A DNA stretch of 64,000 nt, taken from NCBI RefSeq assembly GCF_032444005.1, contig NC_091283.1:641700001-641764000 (forward strand), given 5' to 3'. The stretch comes from Ranitomeya imitator. Lineage: Eukaryota. The notes beneath the pieces are model-generated. The model was not told where the DNA came from, made no database searches, and worked only from the letters and a program-made list of their open reading frames with translations. The position numbers and the translations under genes were made by a program. This document shows positions 39,160 to 51,513 of the stretch, one piece after another; the first letter of the stretch is position 1; every line of letters starts with the position of its first letter.

Positions 39160-40566
39160 AATTATAGGCCAGTAAGTCTAACCTCTATTGTTGGTAAAAT
39201 ATTTGAAGGGTTTCTGAGGGATGTTATTCTGGATTATCTCAATGAGAATAACTGTTTAACTCCATATCAGCATGGGTTTATGAGAAATCGCTCCTGTCAA
39301 ACCAATCTAATCAGTTTTTATGAAGAGGTAAGCTATAGACTGGACCACGGTGAGTCATTGGACGTGGTATATCTCGATTTTTCCAAAGCGTTTGATACCG
39401 TGCCGCACAAGAGGTTGGTACACAAAATGAGAATGCTTGGTCTGGGGGAAAATGTGTGTAAATGGGTTAGTAACTGGCTTAGTGATAGAAAGCAGAGGGT
39501 GGTTATAAATGGTATAGTCTCTAACTGGGTCGCTGTGACCAGTGGGGTACCGCAGGGGTCAGTATTGGGACCTGTTCTCTTCAACATATTCATTAATGAT
39601 CTGGTAGAAGTTTTACACAGTAAAATATCGATATTTGCAGATGATACAAAACTATGTAAAGCAGTTAATACAAAAGAAGATAGTATTCTGCTACAGATGG
39701 ATCTGGATAAGTTGGAAACTTGGGCTGAAAGGTGGCAGATGAGGTTTAACAATGATAAATGTAAGGTTATACACATGGGAAGAGGGAATCAATATCACCA
39801 TTACACACTGAACGGGAAACCACTGGGTAAATCTGACAGGGAGAAGGACTTGGGGATCCTAGTTAATGATAAACTTACCTGGAGCAGCCAGTGCCAGGCA
39901 GCAGCTGCCAAGGCAAACAGGATCATGGGGTGCATTAAAAGAGGTCTGGATACACATGATGAGAGCATTATACTGCCTCTGTACAAATCCCTAGTTAGAC
40001 CGCACATGGAGTACTGTGTCCAGTTTTGGGCACCGGTGCTCAGGAAGGATATAATGGAACTAGAGAGAGTACAAAGGAGGGCAACAAAATTAATAAAGGG
40101 GATGGGAGAACTACAATACCCAGATAGATTAGCGAAATTAGGATTATTTAGTCTAGAAAAAAGACGACTGAGGGGCGATCTAATAACCATGTATAAGTAT
40201 ATAAGGGGACAATACAAATATCTCGCTGAGGATCTGTTTATACCAAGGAAGGTGACGGGCACAAGGGGGCATTCTTTGCGTCTGGAGGAGAGAAGGTTTT
40301 TCCACCAACATAGAAGAGGATTCTTTACTGTTAGGGCAGTGAGAATCTGGAATTGCTTGCCTGAGGAGGTGGTGATGGCGAACTCAGTCGAGGGGTTCAA
40401 GAGAGGCCTGGATGTCTTCCTGGAGCAGAACAATATTGTATCATACAATTATTAGGTTCTGTAGAAGGACGTAGATCTGGGTATTTATTATGATGGAATA
40501 TAGGCTGAACTGGATGGACAAATGTCTTTTTTCGGCCTTACTAACTATGTTACTATGTTACTATGT
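39160..40566 (+). mobile_element. 5'-truncated young CR1 LINE with an open RT region (to stop at 40455)
   Basis: [50 protein letters not shown] with no stops; 3' tail (TTACTATG)n. Confidence 0.95.
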
Positions 40567-40977
40567 ATTTCTATTGGTCTTGCTTTAGGTTCTTGAACTC
40601 AGTGGCTTCACTTTTTTTTAACTACGTTTCTATAGCTTCCCATTACTGTATGTCCATAGTTGGGCTCCTGTCCTACCCAGTCCTTATTCACATTGAGGCC
40701 ATTTTGGACACATGGTAATGTTTTAATGCTAGAAGTTAGTTAGGATTGTCCAGACTCGGTACCTCTTATCACTCGTGGGATGGTTTTAATAGTATTTTGT
40801 CAAAAACAGTTTACCAAGTATCAAATGTTATTTATATGCACTATTGCTTTTTACTTACAGCAGGGTATATGTTCTTTTTGTTTCTATGTTAGGTTTTCAG
40901 TCTCATCATACTGGCATTCCAGCCTTGGCATGTCACTTTCCACAAGGAGAAATCTTACTAATTAGATCCCAGTCTTA

Positions 40978-41711
40978 AGGCCCCTTCACATTAAGCGACG
41001 CTGCAGCGATACCGACAACGATCCGGATCGCTGTAGCGTCGCTGTTTGGTCGCTGGAGAGCTGTCACACAGACCGCTCTCCAGCGACCAACGATGCCGGT
41101 AACCAGGGTAAACATCGGGTAACTAAGCGCAGGGCTGCGCTTAGTAACCCGATGTTTACCCTGGTTACCATCCTAAAAGTAAAAAAAAACAAACGCTACA
41201 TACTTACCTACCGCTGTCTGTCCTCCAGCGCTGTGCTCTGCTCTCCTCCTGTACTGGCTGTGAGCACAGCGGCCGGAAAGCACAGCGGTGACGTCACCGC
41301 TCTGCTTTCCGGCTGACCGACGCTCACAGCCAGTACAGGAGGAGAGCAGAGCACAGCGCTGGAGGACAGACAGCTGTAGGTAAGTATGTACTGTTTTTTT
41401 TTTTTACTTTTAGGATGGTAACCAGGGTAAACATCGGGTTACTAAGCGCGGCCCTGCGCTTAGTTACCCGATGTTTACCCTGGTTACCAGTGAAGACATC
41501 GCTGGATCGGTGTCACACACGCCGATCCAGCGATGTCAGGAGGAGTCCAGCGACGAAATAAAGTTCTGGACTTTATTCAGCGACCAACGATCTCCCAGCA
41601 GGGGCCTGATCGTTGGTCGCTGTCACACATAACGATTTCATTAACGATATCGTTGCTACGTCACAAAAAGCAACGATATCGTTAACAATATCGTTATGTG
41701 TGAAGGTACCT
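40978..41711. mobile_element. Harbinger-like MITE, AGGTACC family (copy 2)
   Basis: TTA|AGG...CCT|TTA; homologous to 2407-3117. Confidence 0.92.
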
Positions 41712-41731
41712 TTAGCCTCTCACCTAGCAAA

Positions 41732-41806
41732 ATCAGATCTCATACTTTACTGTACTGACAAGGGGCAATACCCCGAAACACCGTGTCTGCAAATTGAGAT
41801 TCTGAT
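41732..41806 (+). ncRNA. Type I hammerhead-ribozyme motif with a G8A core change
   Basis: Stem I atcagatctca..tgta / tgca..tgagattctgat; core CTGACAA; stem II GGGG-caata-CCCC; GAAA; stem III ACAC-c-GTGT; GUC triplet ending at 41787. Confidence 0.7.
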
Positions 41807-42246
41807 TTGTCTGAATCTGAAGTTATATCTCAAGACTTGTTAAAGGGTTGATAATGACTTATAGTATTGCTGCTTCCAATAGGCAACACTAGAGTGAAAT
41901 TTCTCTTCCTCTCTGCAGATACAATTTTCATATCTTAGGTTTTGTCTGTTTAATGGCCAGTGTGAACATTCTCCTACATATTGCATGCATACCAACTTAT
42001 ACTCCAGTTCCTTTCTTTCAGGTTTGCTTTGAAAGCTACATGTGCCAAAAAAATAGTTTGGGGGAGAAATCATACTGACAGATTCCAATTAAAGTGCCAA
42101 TACTTGGGGTAATGGGGTTAGCATGATACCTATTTTAGTCTATGGGCACATGGCAAACATCAGACCGTACTCGGATATCATCCAAGTGCAGTCTGAGTTT
42201 GTATAATGTTTATAATGCATTATTCTCCAATATACATAATTGTATA

Positions 42247-43745
42247 CAGTGGGTATGGAAAGTACCGTATTCAGACCCCTTTAAATTTTTCACTTTGTTT
42301 CATTACAGCCATTTGATAAATTCAAAGAAATTCATTTTGTTTCTCATTACTGTACACTCTGCATGCCATCTTGACTAAAAAAACTGAAATGTAGTAATTT
42401 TTGCAAATGTATTAAAAAAGAAAAACTGAAATATCACATGGTCATAAGTATTCAGACCCTTTGCACAGTATTGAGTAGAAGCTCCTTTTGAGCTAATGCA
42501 GCCATGAGTCTTCTTGGAAATGATGCAACAAGTTTTTCACACCTGGATTTGGGGATCCTTCCTTGCAGATCCTCTCCAGTTCCGTCAGGTTGGATGGTGA
42601 ACGGTGGTCAACAGCCATTTTCGGGTCTCTCCAGAGATGCTCAATTGGGTTTAGGTCAGGGCTCTGGCTGAGTCAGTCAAGAATGGGCTCAGAGTTGTTC
42701 TGAAACCATTCCTTTGTTATTTTAGCTGTGTACTTGGGGTCATCGTCTTGTTGGAAGGTGAACCATTGGCCAAGTCTTAGGTCCAGAGCACTCTGGAAGA
42801 GGTTTTCATCCAGGATATATCTGTACTTGGCCGCATTCATGTTTCCTTCAATGACCACCAGTCGTCCTCTCCCTGCAGGTGAAAAACACCCCCGTAGCAT
42901 GATGCTGCCACCACCATGTTTCACTGTTGGGATTGTGTTAGGCAGGAGATGAGCAGTGCCTGGTTTTCTCCACACATACTGCTTAGAATTATCACCAAAA
43001 GGTCTATCTTCGTCTCATCAGACCAGAGAATCTTATTTCTCATAGTCTGGGAGTCCTTCATGTGTTTTTTAGCAAATTCTATGCGGGCTTTCATATGTCT
43101 TGCACTGAGGAGAGGCTTCCGTTGGGCCACTCTGCCATAAAGGCAAGACTGGTGAAGGGCTGCAGTGATAGTTGACTTTGTGGAACTTTCTCCCATCTCC
43201 CTACTGTATCTGTGGAGCTCAGCCACAGTGATCTTGGGGTTCTTCTTTACCTCTCTCACCAAGGCTCTTCTTCCACGATTGCTCAGTTTGGCTGGACGCC
43301 CAGAACTAGGAAGACTTCTGGTGGTCTCAAATGTCTTTCATTTAAGGATTATGGAGGCCACTGTGCTCTTAGGGACCTTGAGTACTGCAGAAATTCTGTT
43401 GTAACCTTGGCCAGATCTGTGCCTTGCCACAATTCTGCCTCTGAGCCTCCTTGGCCAGTTTCTTTGACCTCATGATTCTCATTTGGTCTGACATGCACTG
43501 TGATCTGTGAGGTCTTATATAGACAGGTGTGTGCCTTTCCAAATCAAGTCCTATCAGTTTAGTTAAACACAGCTGGGCTCCAATGAAGGAGTAGAACCAT
43601 CTCAAAGAGGATCACAAGGAAATGGACAGCATTTGACTTAAATATGAGTGTCTGTCTTTTATTAAATTTGCAAAACTTTCTACATTTGCTTTCCTCAGTC
43701 AATATGGGGTGCAGAGTGTACATTAATGAGAAAACAAATGAACTT
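42247..43745 (-). mobile_element. Degenerate Tc1 element (DD34E), one end truncated
   Basis: TA|CAGTGGGTATGGAAAGTA; fragments [23 protein letters not shown] and [11 protein letters not shown]. Confidence 0.88.
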
Positions 43746-43934
43746 TTTTGTGTGTCTATGTGTGTGTGTGTGTGTATGTATATTATATATATATATATTT
43801 ATTTTTAAATTTAATATTATTTCTAACAAGGCTTCCAGGTATGTGAATTGCGGCCTGTAAGGAGTGTAATGCACTGACAAGTCTAAATAGATAATGGCAA
43901 TATAAATACAGTGACGTTCACTCTTCATACCCAG

Positions 43935-44114
43935 GATTACACCGTAGTGAAGAAGACAGCAGGTAACAATGTTACCCCAGGCAGTCATCTTCACATGTCA
44001 AGAGGATGGAACGGATCCCAAAGACTCAACTTGGAACCTCCTCCTCTTTCACTTATACACGATGAGAAGATCCTGGACCTCACCAACAAGATCATTGAGT
44101 TGCTTACTGAAGAG
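43935..44114 (+). CDS. ZNF gene coding exon 2 (DYTVVKKT...KILDLTNKIIELLTEE)
   Basis: Acceptor ttcatacccag|GAT, donor GAG|gtgagt, 180 nt, phase 0-0, family motif. Confidence 0.9.
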
Positions 44115-44180
44115 GTGAGTGCTGCTGGGAATACTGAGACATTATATGGTAATGCATGGGATCATAAGGGTATTTATTAA

Positions 44181-45145
44181 CCCCTTTCCGAGATCCACCA
44201 TAGATGAACGGCGCTAATTGGGAGTGGGTGTATGGAGCCGGCAGGTTATGGCTGTCGCAGAAAGGAGCTGCCTCTTAACAGCTGTGGGTGGCGTAGTGCT
44301 CTGCCCATGACTGATAACCTGTTATATGTGGTTGTCATTCTCTGACAGTGGTATTAACAACAAATGGGCACGAGAGCGCATCACAATATGCACCCAGCTG
44401 GAGCGACAATGGGTTGTTTATGACAGCTGGGTTTATGTTCAATACCTCTGAGCCTGCCAACACGGAGCTACATTGAGACCCAGCCTGTGGTATAGCTGTA
44501 TATAAAACAAGCGATCAGACCATCACAGGTTCAAGTACCCTAAGGGGTCTAATAAATAGACTAAAACGTACAAACAAATCATATCCCTACATTTCCACCC
44601 CCCCCTTCTTAAAAATGAAGATAGTAAAGTCAGTTCCATCGGAAAATATAGAAAATTACCCAATGAATAAACAATAGAATACAATTTTTTTTTTTTTTAA
44701 AGTGACAAACTTGCGCTTTTTTGTGAAGTCACCGCCACACCGCAAAAACTTAGTTGGCTCACCTCGCAAAAAATAGGCTTTTGAATAATGGCCACACAAT
44801 CAGAATTTTTCCCCCCACGACTCCTATTTTTATTTATTTTTTAAATTCAGTACTAAAATATTAATGAAAAAAAAAAAAAAGGTCAAATTTAGTATAGCCA
44901 TAATCGTAATTTAAGGTTAAGGTCAAGATTGCATATTTTTGCAATTTCACTTCACTTGTTGTTTTTTCCCCATTTTAAAAGCACTTACATGGTAAAATGA
45001 ATAGTGTCATTGAAAAGTACAGCTCAATCCACAGAAATACAAGACCTCATATATCTATGTGAACGAAAAAATACAAAAGTTATAGGCCTTGGAAGAAGGG
45101 GAAAAAAAAAACCAAAAAATGGAAATTGGCCATATTTGGAAGGGG
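44181..45145. mobile_element. piggyBac-like non-autonomous element
   Basis: TTAA|CCCCTT ... AAGGGG|TTAA. Confidence 0.8.
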
Positions 45146-46348
45146 TTAATGGGAACCACCCGTGTATAAAACATTTATTTGCAGATGTAGGGGTAAACTG
45201 CAGATAAATGGCATTAATATCCTGCCTGGCTGCCTTACTGGGGCAGCGGCTGCAGGGAAAAAAATCAATGTGTATGCATCCTGCAGCTGCTCGCTTCCAG
45301 TCCTAGGGGCAGTGCAGAAAAGGGTTACAGTCCGCACTCGCACAGACGCACACTGTCAGACAGGCACACACGCTGAGCACAGCTGTAATTACTCTTAGGC
45401 ACTTTGACAGTCGGCTGTGTGTATGTGTGTGCAGAATGGACGGTCAAAGTGTTGGGGCGTGATTTACAGCGCGCTTGCTGTGTAGTGACGAACAGCTCCC
45501 AGCACCGCCCCAATGATTTGAAGGGAATGGCTACAGGGAGGATATAAGTTAAAGTTCTCTCTAGCTGCTGCTCCAGTAAGGTGGCCAGACAAGATTTTAA
45601 CACATTTACCTGCAGTTTAGCCTGTATCTGCGAGTAAAAAATAAAAAGCATAACCTGTTCACTGTAAAGTCTTTGTGCCACCTATGTTGCGTATTTAAAA
45701 AACAAAAGCAGCAAATTTTGGTTCAGACTATTTTCCATAATGTGTGACACAAGGACTATGCAGCCTGTCTGTGATAGCTGAATTGTGAGAGTCAGCTAAG
45801 CTTAAATTGCACCAGTTTCTAGCAGGTGTCAGCTGTAGAACGCAGCTGGCGACTAACTGCCTTTCATGGCGCCTTTTTGTGCTCTCTCCATACAACTACA
45901 TAGATATTCTTTGGATGTCACCAGAGGGTCAAATCGTTTTCTTTTTGCGTGAAGTATAAGGCCACATTCAGTGTTTGGTCAGTATTTTACATCAGTATTT
46001 GTCAGCTTTACACAAACAAAACAATTCTCTTTAATTGCCCACCTATACAAATCTGGTTGCAGCTGGCTAAAGCCATTAGTTTTGGAACGGTTGGATGACG
46101 ATCTAATATGTATGGCGGCCTCCCAATTCTTCCCTGACAAATGTGGGGAGCAAGAGGGTCGGGCAGTTGGATTTTAAAGGAGATATCCAGGACTTCAAAA
46201 AAAAAAAAAAGTGCCTAAGCATTAATAGGTGGGTAGTTATTACCTATCTGCTGTACTCCGCCGACACAGAGCGGTCACATACTTCTGCTGATGCCACATC
46301 AATAGAGCAGCAGTTTCTTTTCCTGTTGACAGTGTGGGACAACTGATG

Positions 46349-46401
46349 TCATGCTGTCCCCGATGGGGCTCACAATCTAAGTTCCCTATCGGTATGTCTT
46401 T
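46349..46401 (-). mobile_element. SINE, 3'-side half (continues at 49436)
   Basis: ctgtccccgatggggctcacaatct...gtatgtcttt matches the SINE at 853-1134. Confidence 0.75.
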
Positions 46402-46627
46402 GGCTATGTACCCACGTTGCAGAAATTCTGTGGAATTCGCGTGCGTTTTCCCGCAAAACACAAGCGTTCTGCAAGCGTTTTTAGCTTGCAAAATGCTTGC
46501 GCTTTTCCAACCGATTTGAAGCATCGCTTGGAAAAGTGATTGACAGGTTGGTCACACTTGTCAATCATAGTGCTTGAAAAGTGTGACCAACGTTTTACTA
46601 TTGATGCTGCCTATGCAGCATCAATAG

Positions 46628-47244
46628 NNNNNNNNNNNNNNNNNNNNNNNNNNNNNNNNNNNNNNNNNNNNNNNNNNNNNNNNNNNNNNNNNNNNNNNNN
46701 NNNNNNNNNNNNNNNNNNNNNNNNNNNNNNNNNNNNNNNNNNNNNNNNNNNNNNNNNNNNNNNNNNNNNNNNNNNNNNNNNNNNNNNNNNNNNNNNNNNN
46801 NNNNNNNNNNNNNNNNNNNNNNNNNNNNNNNNNNNNNNNNNNNNNNNNNNNNNNNNNNNNNNNNNNNNNNNNNNNNNNNNNNNNNNNNNNNNNNNNNNNN
46901 NNNNNNNNNNNNNNNNNNNNNNNNNNNNNNNNNNNNNNNNNNNNNNNNNNNNNNNNNNNNNNNNNNNNNNNNNNNNNNNNNNNNNNNNNNNNNNNNNNNN
47001 NNNNNNNNNNNNNNNNNNNNNNNNNNNNNNNNNNNNNNNNNNNNNNNNNNNNNNNNNNNNNNNNNNNNNNNNNNNNNNNNNNNNNNNNNNNNNNNNNNNN
47101 NNNNNNNNNNNNNNNNNNNNNNNNNNNNNNNNNNNNNNNNNNNNNNNNNNNNNNNNNNNNNNNNNNNNNNNNNNNNNNNNNNNNNNNNNNNNNNNNNNNN
47201 NNNNNNNNNNNNNNNNNNNNNNNNNNNNNNNNNNNNNNNNNNNN
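46628..47244. other. Assembly gap (617 N)
   Basis: Run of N. Confidence 1.
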
Positions 47245-48830
47245 ATTTAGTCAGTCAGCAATAGTGCAAGTTCCACCACTTAAAAAGATAAGAGGCGTCT
47301 GTAATTTACATCATAGGTAGACCTCAACTATGGGAGACAAACTGAGAAAAAAAAATCCAGAAAATCACATTGTCTGTTTTTTTAACATTTTATTTGCATA
47401 TTATGGTGGAAAATAAGTATTTGGTCAGAAACAAACAATCAAGATTTCTGGCTCTCACAGACCTGTAACTTCTTCTTTAAGAGTCTCCTCTTTCCTCCAC
47501 TCATTACCTGTAGTAATGGCACCTGTTTAAACTTGTTATCAGTATAAAAAGACACCTGTGCACACCCTCAAACAGTCTGACTCCAAACTCCACTATGGTG
47601 AAGACCAAAGAGCTGTCAAAGGACACCAGAAACAAAATTGTAGCCCTGCACCAGGCTGGGAAGACTGAATCTGCAATAGCCAACCAGCTTGGAGTGAAGA
47701 AATCAACAGTGGGAGCAATAATTAGAAAATGGAAGACATACAAGACCACTGATAATCTCCCTCGATCTGGGGCTCCACGCAAAATCCCACACCGTGGGGT
47801 CAGAATGATCACAAGAACGGTGAGCAAAAATCCCAGAACCACGCGGGGGGACCTAGTGAATGAACTGCAGAGAGCTGGGACCAATGTAACAAGGCCTACC
47901 ATAAGTAACACACTACGCCACCATGGACTCAGATCCTGCAGTGCCAGACGTGTCCCACTGCTTAAGCCAGTACATGTCCGGGCCCGTCTGAAGTTTGCTA
48001 GAGAGCATTTGGATGATCCAGAGGAGTTTTGGGAGAATGTCTTATGGTCTGATGAAACCAAACTGGAACTGTTTGGTAGAAACACAACTTGTCATGTTTG
48101 GAGGAAAAAGAATACTGAGTTGCATCCATCAAACACCATACCTACTGTAAAGCATGGTGGTGGAAACATCATGCTTTGGGGCTGTTTCTCTGCAAAGGGG
48201 CCAGGACGACTGATCCGGGTACATGAAAGAATGAATGGGGCCATGTATCGTGAGATTTTGAGTGCAAACCTCCTTCCATCAGCAAGGGCATTGAAGATGA
48301 AACGTGGCTGGGTCTTTCAACATGACAATGATCCAAAGCACACCGCCAGGGCAACGAAGGAGTGGCTTCGTAAGAAGCATTTCAAGGTCCTGGAGTGGCC
48401 TAGCCAGTCTCCAGATCTCAACCCTATAGAAAACCTTTGGAGGGAGTTGAAAGTCCGTGTTGCCAAGCGAAAAGCCAAAAACATCACTGCTCTAGAGGAG
48501 ATCTGCATGGAGGAATGGGCCAACATACCAACAACAGTGTGTGGCAACCTTGTGAAGACTTACAGAAAACGTTTGACCTCTGTCATTGCCAACAAAGGAT
48601 ATGTTACAAAGTATTGAGATGAAATTTTGTTTCTGACCAAATACTTATTTTCCACCATAATATGCAAATAAAATGTTAAAAAAACAGACAATGTGATTTT
48701 CTGGATTTTTTTTTCTCAGTTTGTCTCCCACAGTTGAGGTCTACCTATGATGTAAATTACAGACGCCTCTCATCTTTTTAAGTGGTGGAACTTGCACTAT
48801 TGCTGACTGACTAAATACTTTTTTGCCCCA

Positions 48831-48833
<3 letters not shown>
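47245..48833 (+). mobile_element. Young Tc1 element (left tip in the gap)
   Basis: Long TIRs of about 200 bp ending TTTTTTGCCCCACTG|TA followed by (TA)n. Confidence 0.95.
47595..48617 (+). CDS. Intact Tc1 DD34E transposase (340 aa)
   Basis: Uninterrupted ORF; WSDETK, HDNDPKH and LNPIENLW; D34E spacing counted. Confidence 0.95.
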   Translation: MVKTKELSKDTRNKIVALHQAGKTESAIANQLGVKKSTVGAIIRKWKTYKTTDNLPRSGAPRKIPHRGVRMITRTVSKNPRTTRGDLVNELQRAGTNVTRPTISNTLRHHGLRSCSARRVPLLKPVHVRARLKFAREHLDDPEEFWENVLWSDETKLELFGRNTTCHVWRKKNTELHPSNTIPTVKHGGGNIMLWGCFSAKGPGRLIRVHERMNGAMYREILSANLLPSARALKMKRGWVFQHDNDPKHTARATKEWLRKKHFKVLEWPSQSPDLNPIENLWRELKVRVAKRKAKNITALEEICMEEWANIPTTVCGNLVKTYRKRLTSVIANKGYVTKY

Positions 48834-48888
<55 letters not shown>

Positions 48889-49435
48889 TGTTCCGTTCCC
48901 AGGGATGCTTTGCGCGAAGGACCTTTGTGACGTCACGGTTGCGTGACCGCGACGTCATCTCAGGTGATTTGGAAAGGCATCCCTGGGAACGGAAGCCGCC
49001 GCATGGACTGCTGAGAGCCAGAGGACTTCGGGGCCATCAGAAGGTAAGTATATCCCTATTTTTTATTTTAATTCTTTTTTTTTTTTTTTATAGAAATATG
49101 GATCCCAGGGCCTGGAGGAGTGTCTCCTCTCCTCCAGACCCGGGTACCATCCGCACATGAAGCGCTCACTTTACGCATGGTGGACATAGCCACATGCGTA
49201 AAGTGAGCGTTTCAATGCTATCTTATGGCTGCGGAATCGCCGCGATTCCGCAAAAATAATGAACATGCTGCGGATTTTACCACTATGTGATTCCGCAGCG
49301 GGAAAATCCGCAGCATGGGCACAGCAACTGCGGAATCCCATAGGATTGCGTGGGAATGCGGTTTTTATGCGTTTCCGTTGTGGCAAAAAAGGTGACAGAA
49401 ACACATAAAAAATGCAACGTGGGCACATAGCCTTT

Positions 49436-49563
49436 AAAGTGTGGGAGAAAACCCACACAAACCCGGGGAGAACATACAAACTCCATGCAGGTGTTGTCCT
49501 TGGTGGGATTTGAACCTAGGTCCCCAGCGCTGCAGTGCTAACCACTGAGCCACCGTGCTGCCC
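49436..49563 (-). mobile_element. SINE, 5' half (tRNA-like head)
   Basis: Reverse complement begins gggcagcacggtggctcagtggttag; collinear with the half at 46349. Confidence 0.8.
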
Positions 49564-49678
49564 TATGGCCACTTTAGATTATATAATGCCAAAAAGTGAA
49601 CATTTGAACATCCAGGCATACGAGCATTCTTTATAAGGCTTCTGCTCTGCAACCTTATTTGTTGCCATAATTATGTAG

Positions 49679-49793
49679 GGTGAAGATTTGACAAGTGTCA
49701 AAGTTGAAGTAATATCAGAAGAAGAAGATGAGACTTCTGCAAGCAGTACTCCGCAGTGTAAGGAGGAGGAAATTCCTATAGCCATCGGTCCAG
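49679..49793 (+). CDS. ZNF gene spacer exon (GEDLTSVKVEVISEEEDETSASSTPQCKEEEIPIAIGP)
   Basis: tgtag|GGT...CCAG|gtaggt, 115 nt, phase 0-1; CKEEEIP family motif. Confidence 0.85.
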
Positions 49794-50486
49794 GTAGGTA
49801 AGTCTAACTAAGTTTGTTCTTTACATCTCCTGTACACTTAACAGGTTTAAAGGGCTTGTCTCCTCAATATATTTAACCCATGTTTGCATGGGTCAGCTTC
49901 AGTTAACTGGCTGACACTGACTGCTCTCATCCTAGAAGTGAATACAGATTCTAAATCCAGGAGCAGCACACAGTTCTCGATGATACTTTGCTGCAGTGGA
50001 GGTGATGTTGCCACTCTTACAGAGCATTGCCTAGCCTAGATATGACTGCATCCTTCACACTGGTCTTGATAAGGTGGTGTGCTGGAGTCAGACACTCCAG
50101 AGTCATGAATCGGGAGCACCGACGAATGGTACACATCTCTATGTGCACCTCGCTACAAATCCTACCCCAGTCCCTGTGACTCGGAAGATGATTTACTTTC
50201 CAGAGAAACAATAATCTCATTATTAGAGCTGTACAAAGATGCAGTGGTTAAGAATCTCCACCTTCGTATTGGTTCCACCATCTTAATAAAAATATCGTCT
50301 TTCCTTTTCTGTTGTGTTGTTTACATGAAAATCAAAAATGCTTCAAGTGGTTTATTCAATAAAACAATTAAAAACAAATCCACACCTTAAATTTGTTAGG
50401 AGCAATTTTGGGCGTCACTCAATAACTTCTTTCATCACATTAACCGACTTGATTCATCAGGTTTAACGTTTTTGTGATTCCTACAG

Positions 50487-50608
50487 ATGGACCATGTGAG
50501 AACAGTACACCAGAGAGCCGCTCAAGTCCTGTACGTTCCCATTGTCGTGAAGAGGAAAGTAGCAGTACCTCACAGGATGGCGCTGACCTCTTACCAAGTA
50601 CTGGATAT
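50487..50608 (+). CDS. ZNF gene spacer exon (DGPCENSTPESRSSPVRSHCREEE...)
   Basis: ctacag|ATGGAC, phase 1; donor TAT|gtgggt inferred from frame continuity. Confidence 0.72.
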
Positions 50609-50724
50609 GTGGGTCTCCTGTTTGAGAATTTTTTTTGTCTGTTTGTTTTTTACTTTTTTGTTTCTTTTTTCATTGCGAATTGTATTCTGATTTTGTTTTT
50701 GTTTTTTTCCAATTCTAAATCTAG

Positions 50725-50833
50725 GATGAAGATATAGCTGAACCTAAGGTTGAAGCTATACAAATTGAAGAGGCCTATATGAGGGATGATCAGCAGTGTA
50801 AAGATGAGCACATTCTTGTAGCCATCAGGCCAG
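50725..50833 (+). CDS. ZNF gene spacer exon (DEDIAEPKVEAIQIEEAYMRDDQQCKDEHILVAIRP)
   Basis: ctag|GAT...CCAG|gtgagt, 109 nt, phase 0-1, paralogous to the exon at 49679. Confidence 0.85.
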
Positions 50834-50965
50834 GTGAGTAATGAGCACTAAACTCCAAAGAGTCTTAAATCGAACAGTCACGTTGTTCATTCTGCCCGAA
50901 CTGTGGGAAACATGAATGGGAGATAGTTTCCTACATTACAAACTTGTTGTACTCTGAGACTGTTA

Positions 50966-51368
50966 GGCTATGTTCACACGTTGCGGTTTTTTTTTCTGCA
51001 GGGAAAAACCTGCTCTCTTGGCAGTAAAGAAGCAGTTTACAAAAATTCCAGGTTTTTCAGTTGTTTTTTTGCTGTGTATTTGCTGCATTTTTATTGTCTC
51101 TTGTGCATGCTGATAAACTTTACTGCCCTCATTAAAAATATGATGCAACTTCCTTGGGTTGCTGTACCAAAAATTTAGCAAATCCTTAATCTTGCATTTT
51201 TTTGCTGCATTTTTGCACTTACTCATTACACAGTTTTCCAATTTGATCAGGAAAAAAAACGGTGAGTGCATGAGATTTCTGAAATCTCATAACATTTGCT
51301 GGTACGGTAAAACACAGCTAAAAGGTTTGCATAAAAAAGCAGCAAAAATACAACCTGTGAACATAGCC
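50966..51368. mobile_element. Harbinger-like MITE
   Basis: TTA|GGCTATGTTCACA ... TGTGAACATAGCC|TTA. Confidence 0.9.
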
Positions 51369-51513
51369 TTAGAGTAGAGTAAAACCATTTAAATGTAGCT
51401 GGGGACAAGGTGACAAATCCAAGAGGTGTGTCCTTGCCCGCTCAGTCAGGTCTGTCCCTGTAGACACAAATGGAGACGTTCGTGTAGCAGAGTTGGCGGG
51501 GACATGCCTCTTA

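Larger units (their letters stand above)
46402..49432. mobile_element. Harbinger-like element splitting the SINE and hosting a Tc1
   Basis: TIR GGCTATGTACCCACGTTGCA / TGCAACGTGGGCACATAGCC (19/20); TTT on both flanks. Confidence 0.8.

Noticed and set aside
39333-40448. Antisense ORFs over CR1 (likewise over Tc1 and ZNF exons)
   Set aside because: Shadow ORFs of a real coding strand, with no independent features.
46540-47250. 236-aa ORF
   Set aside because: Consists of the N gap.
49880-50460. Possible extra host exon in the ZNF intron
   Set aside because: The minus-strand translation resembles a decayed Tc1 N-terminus, and no convincing splice sites were found.
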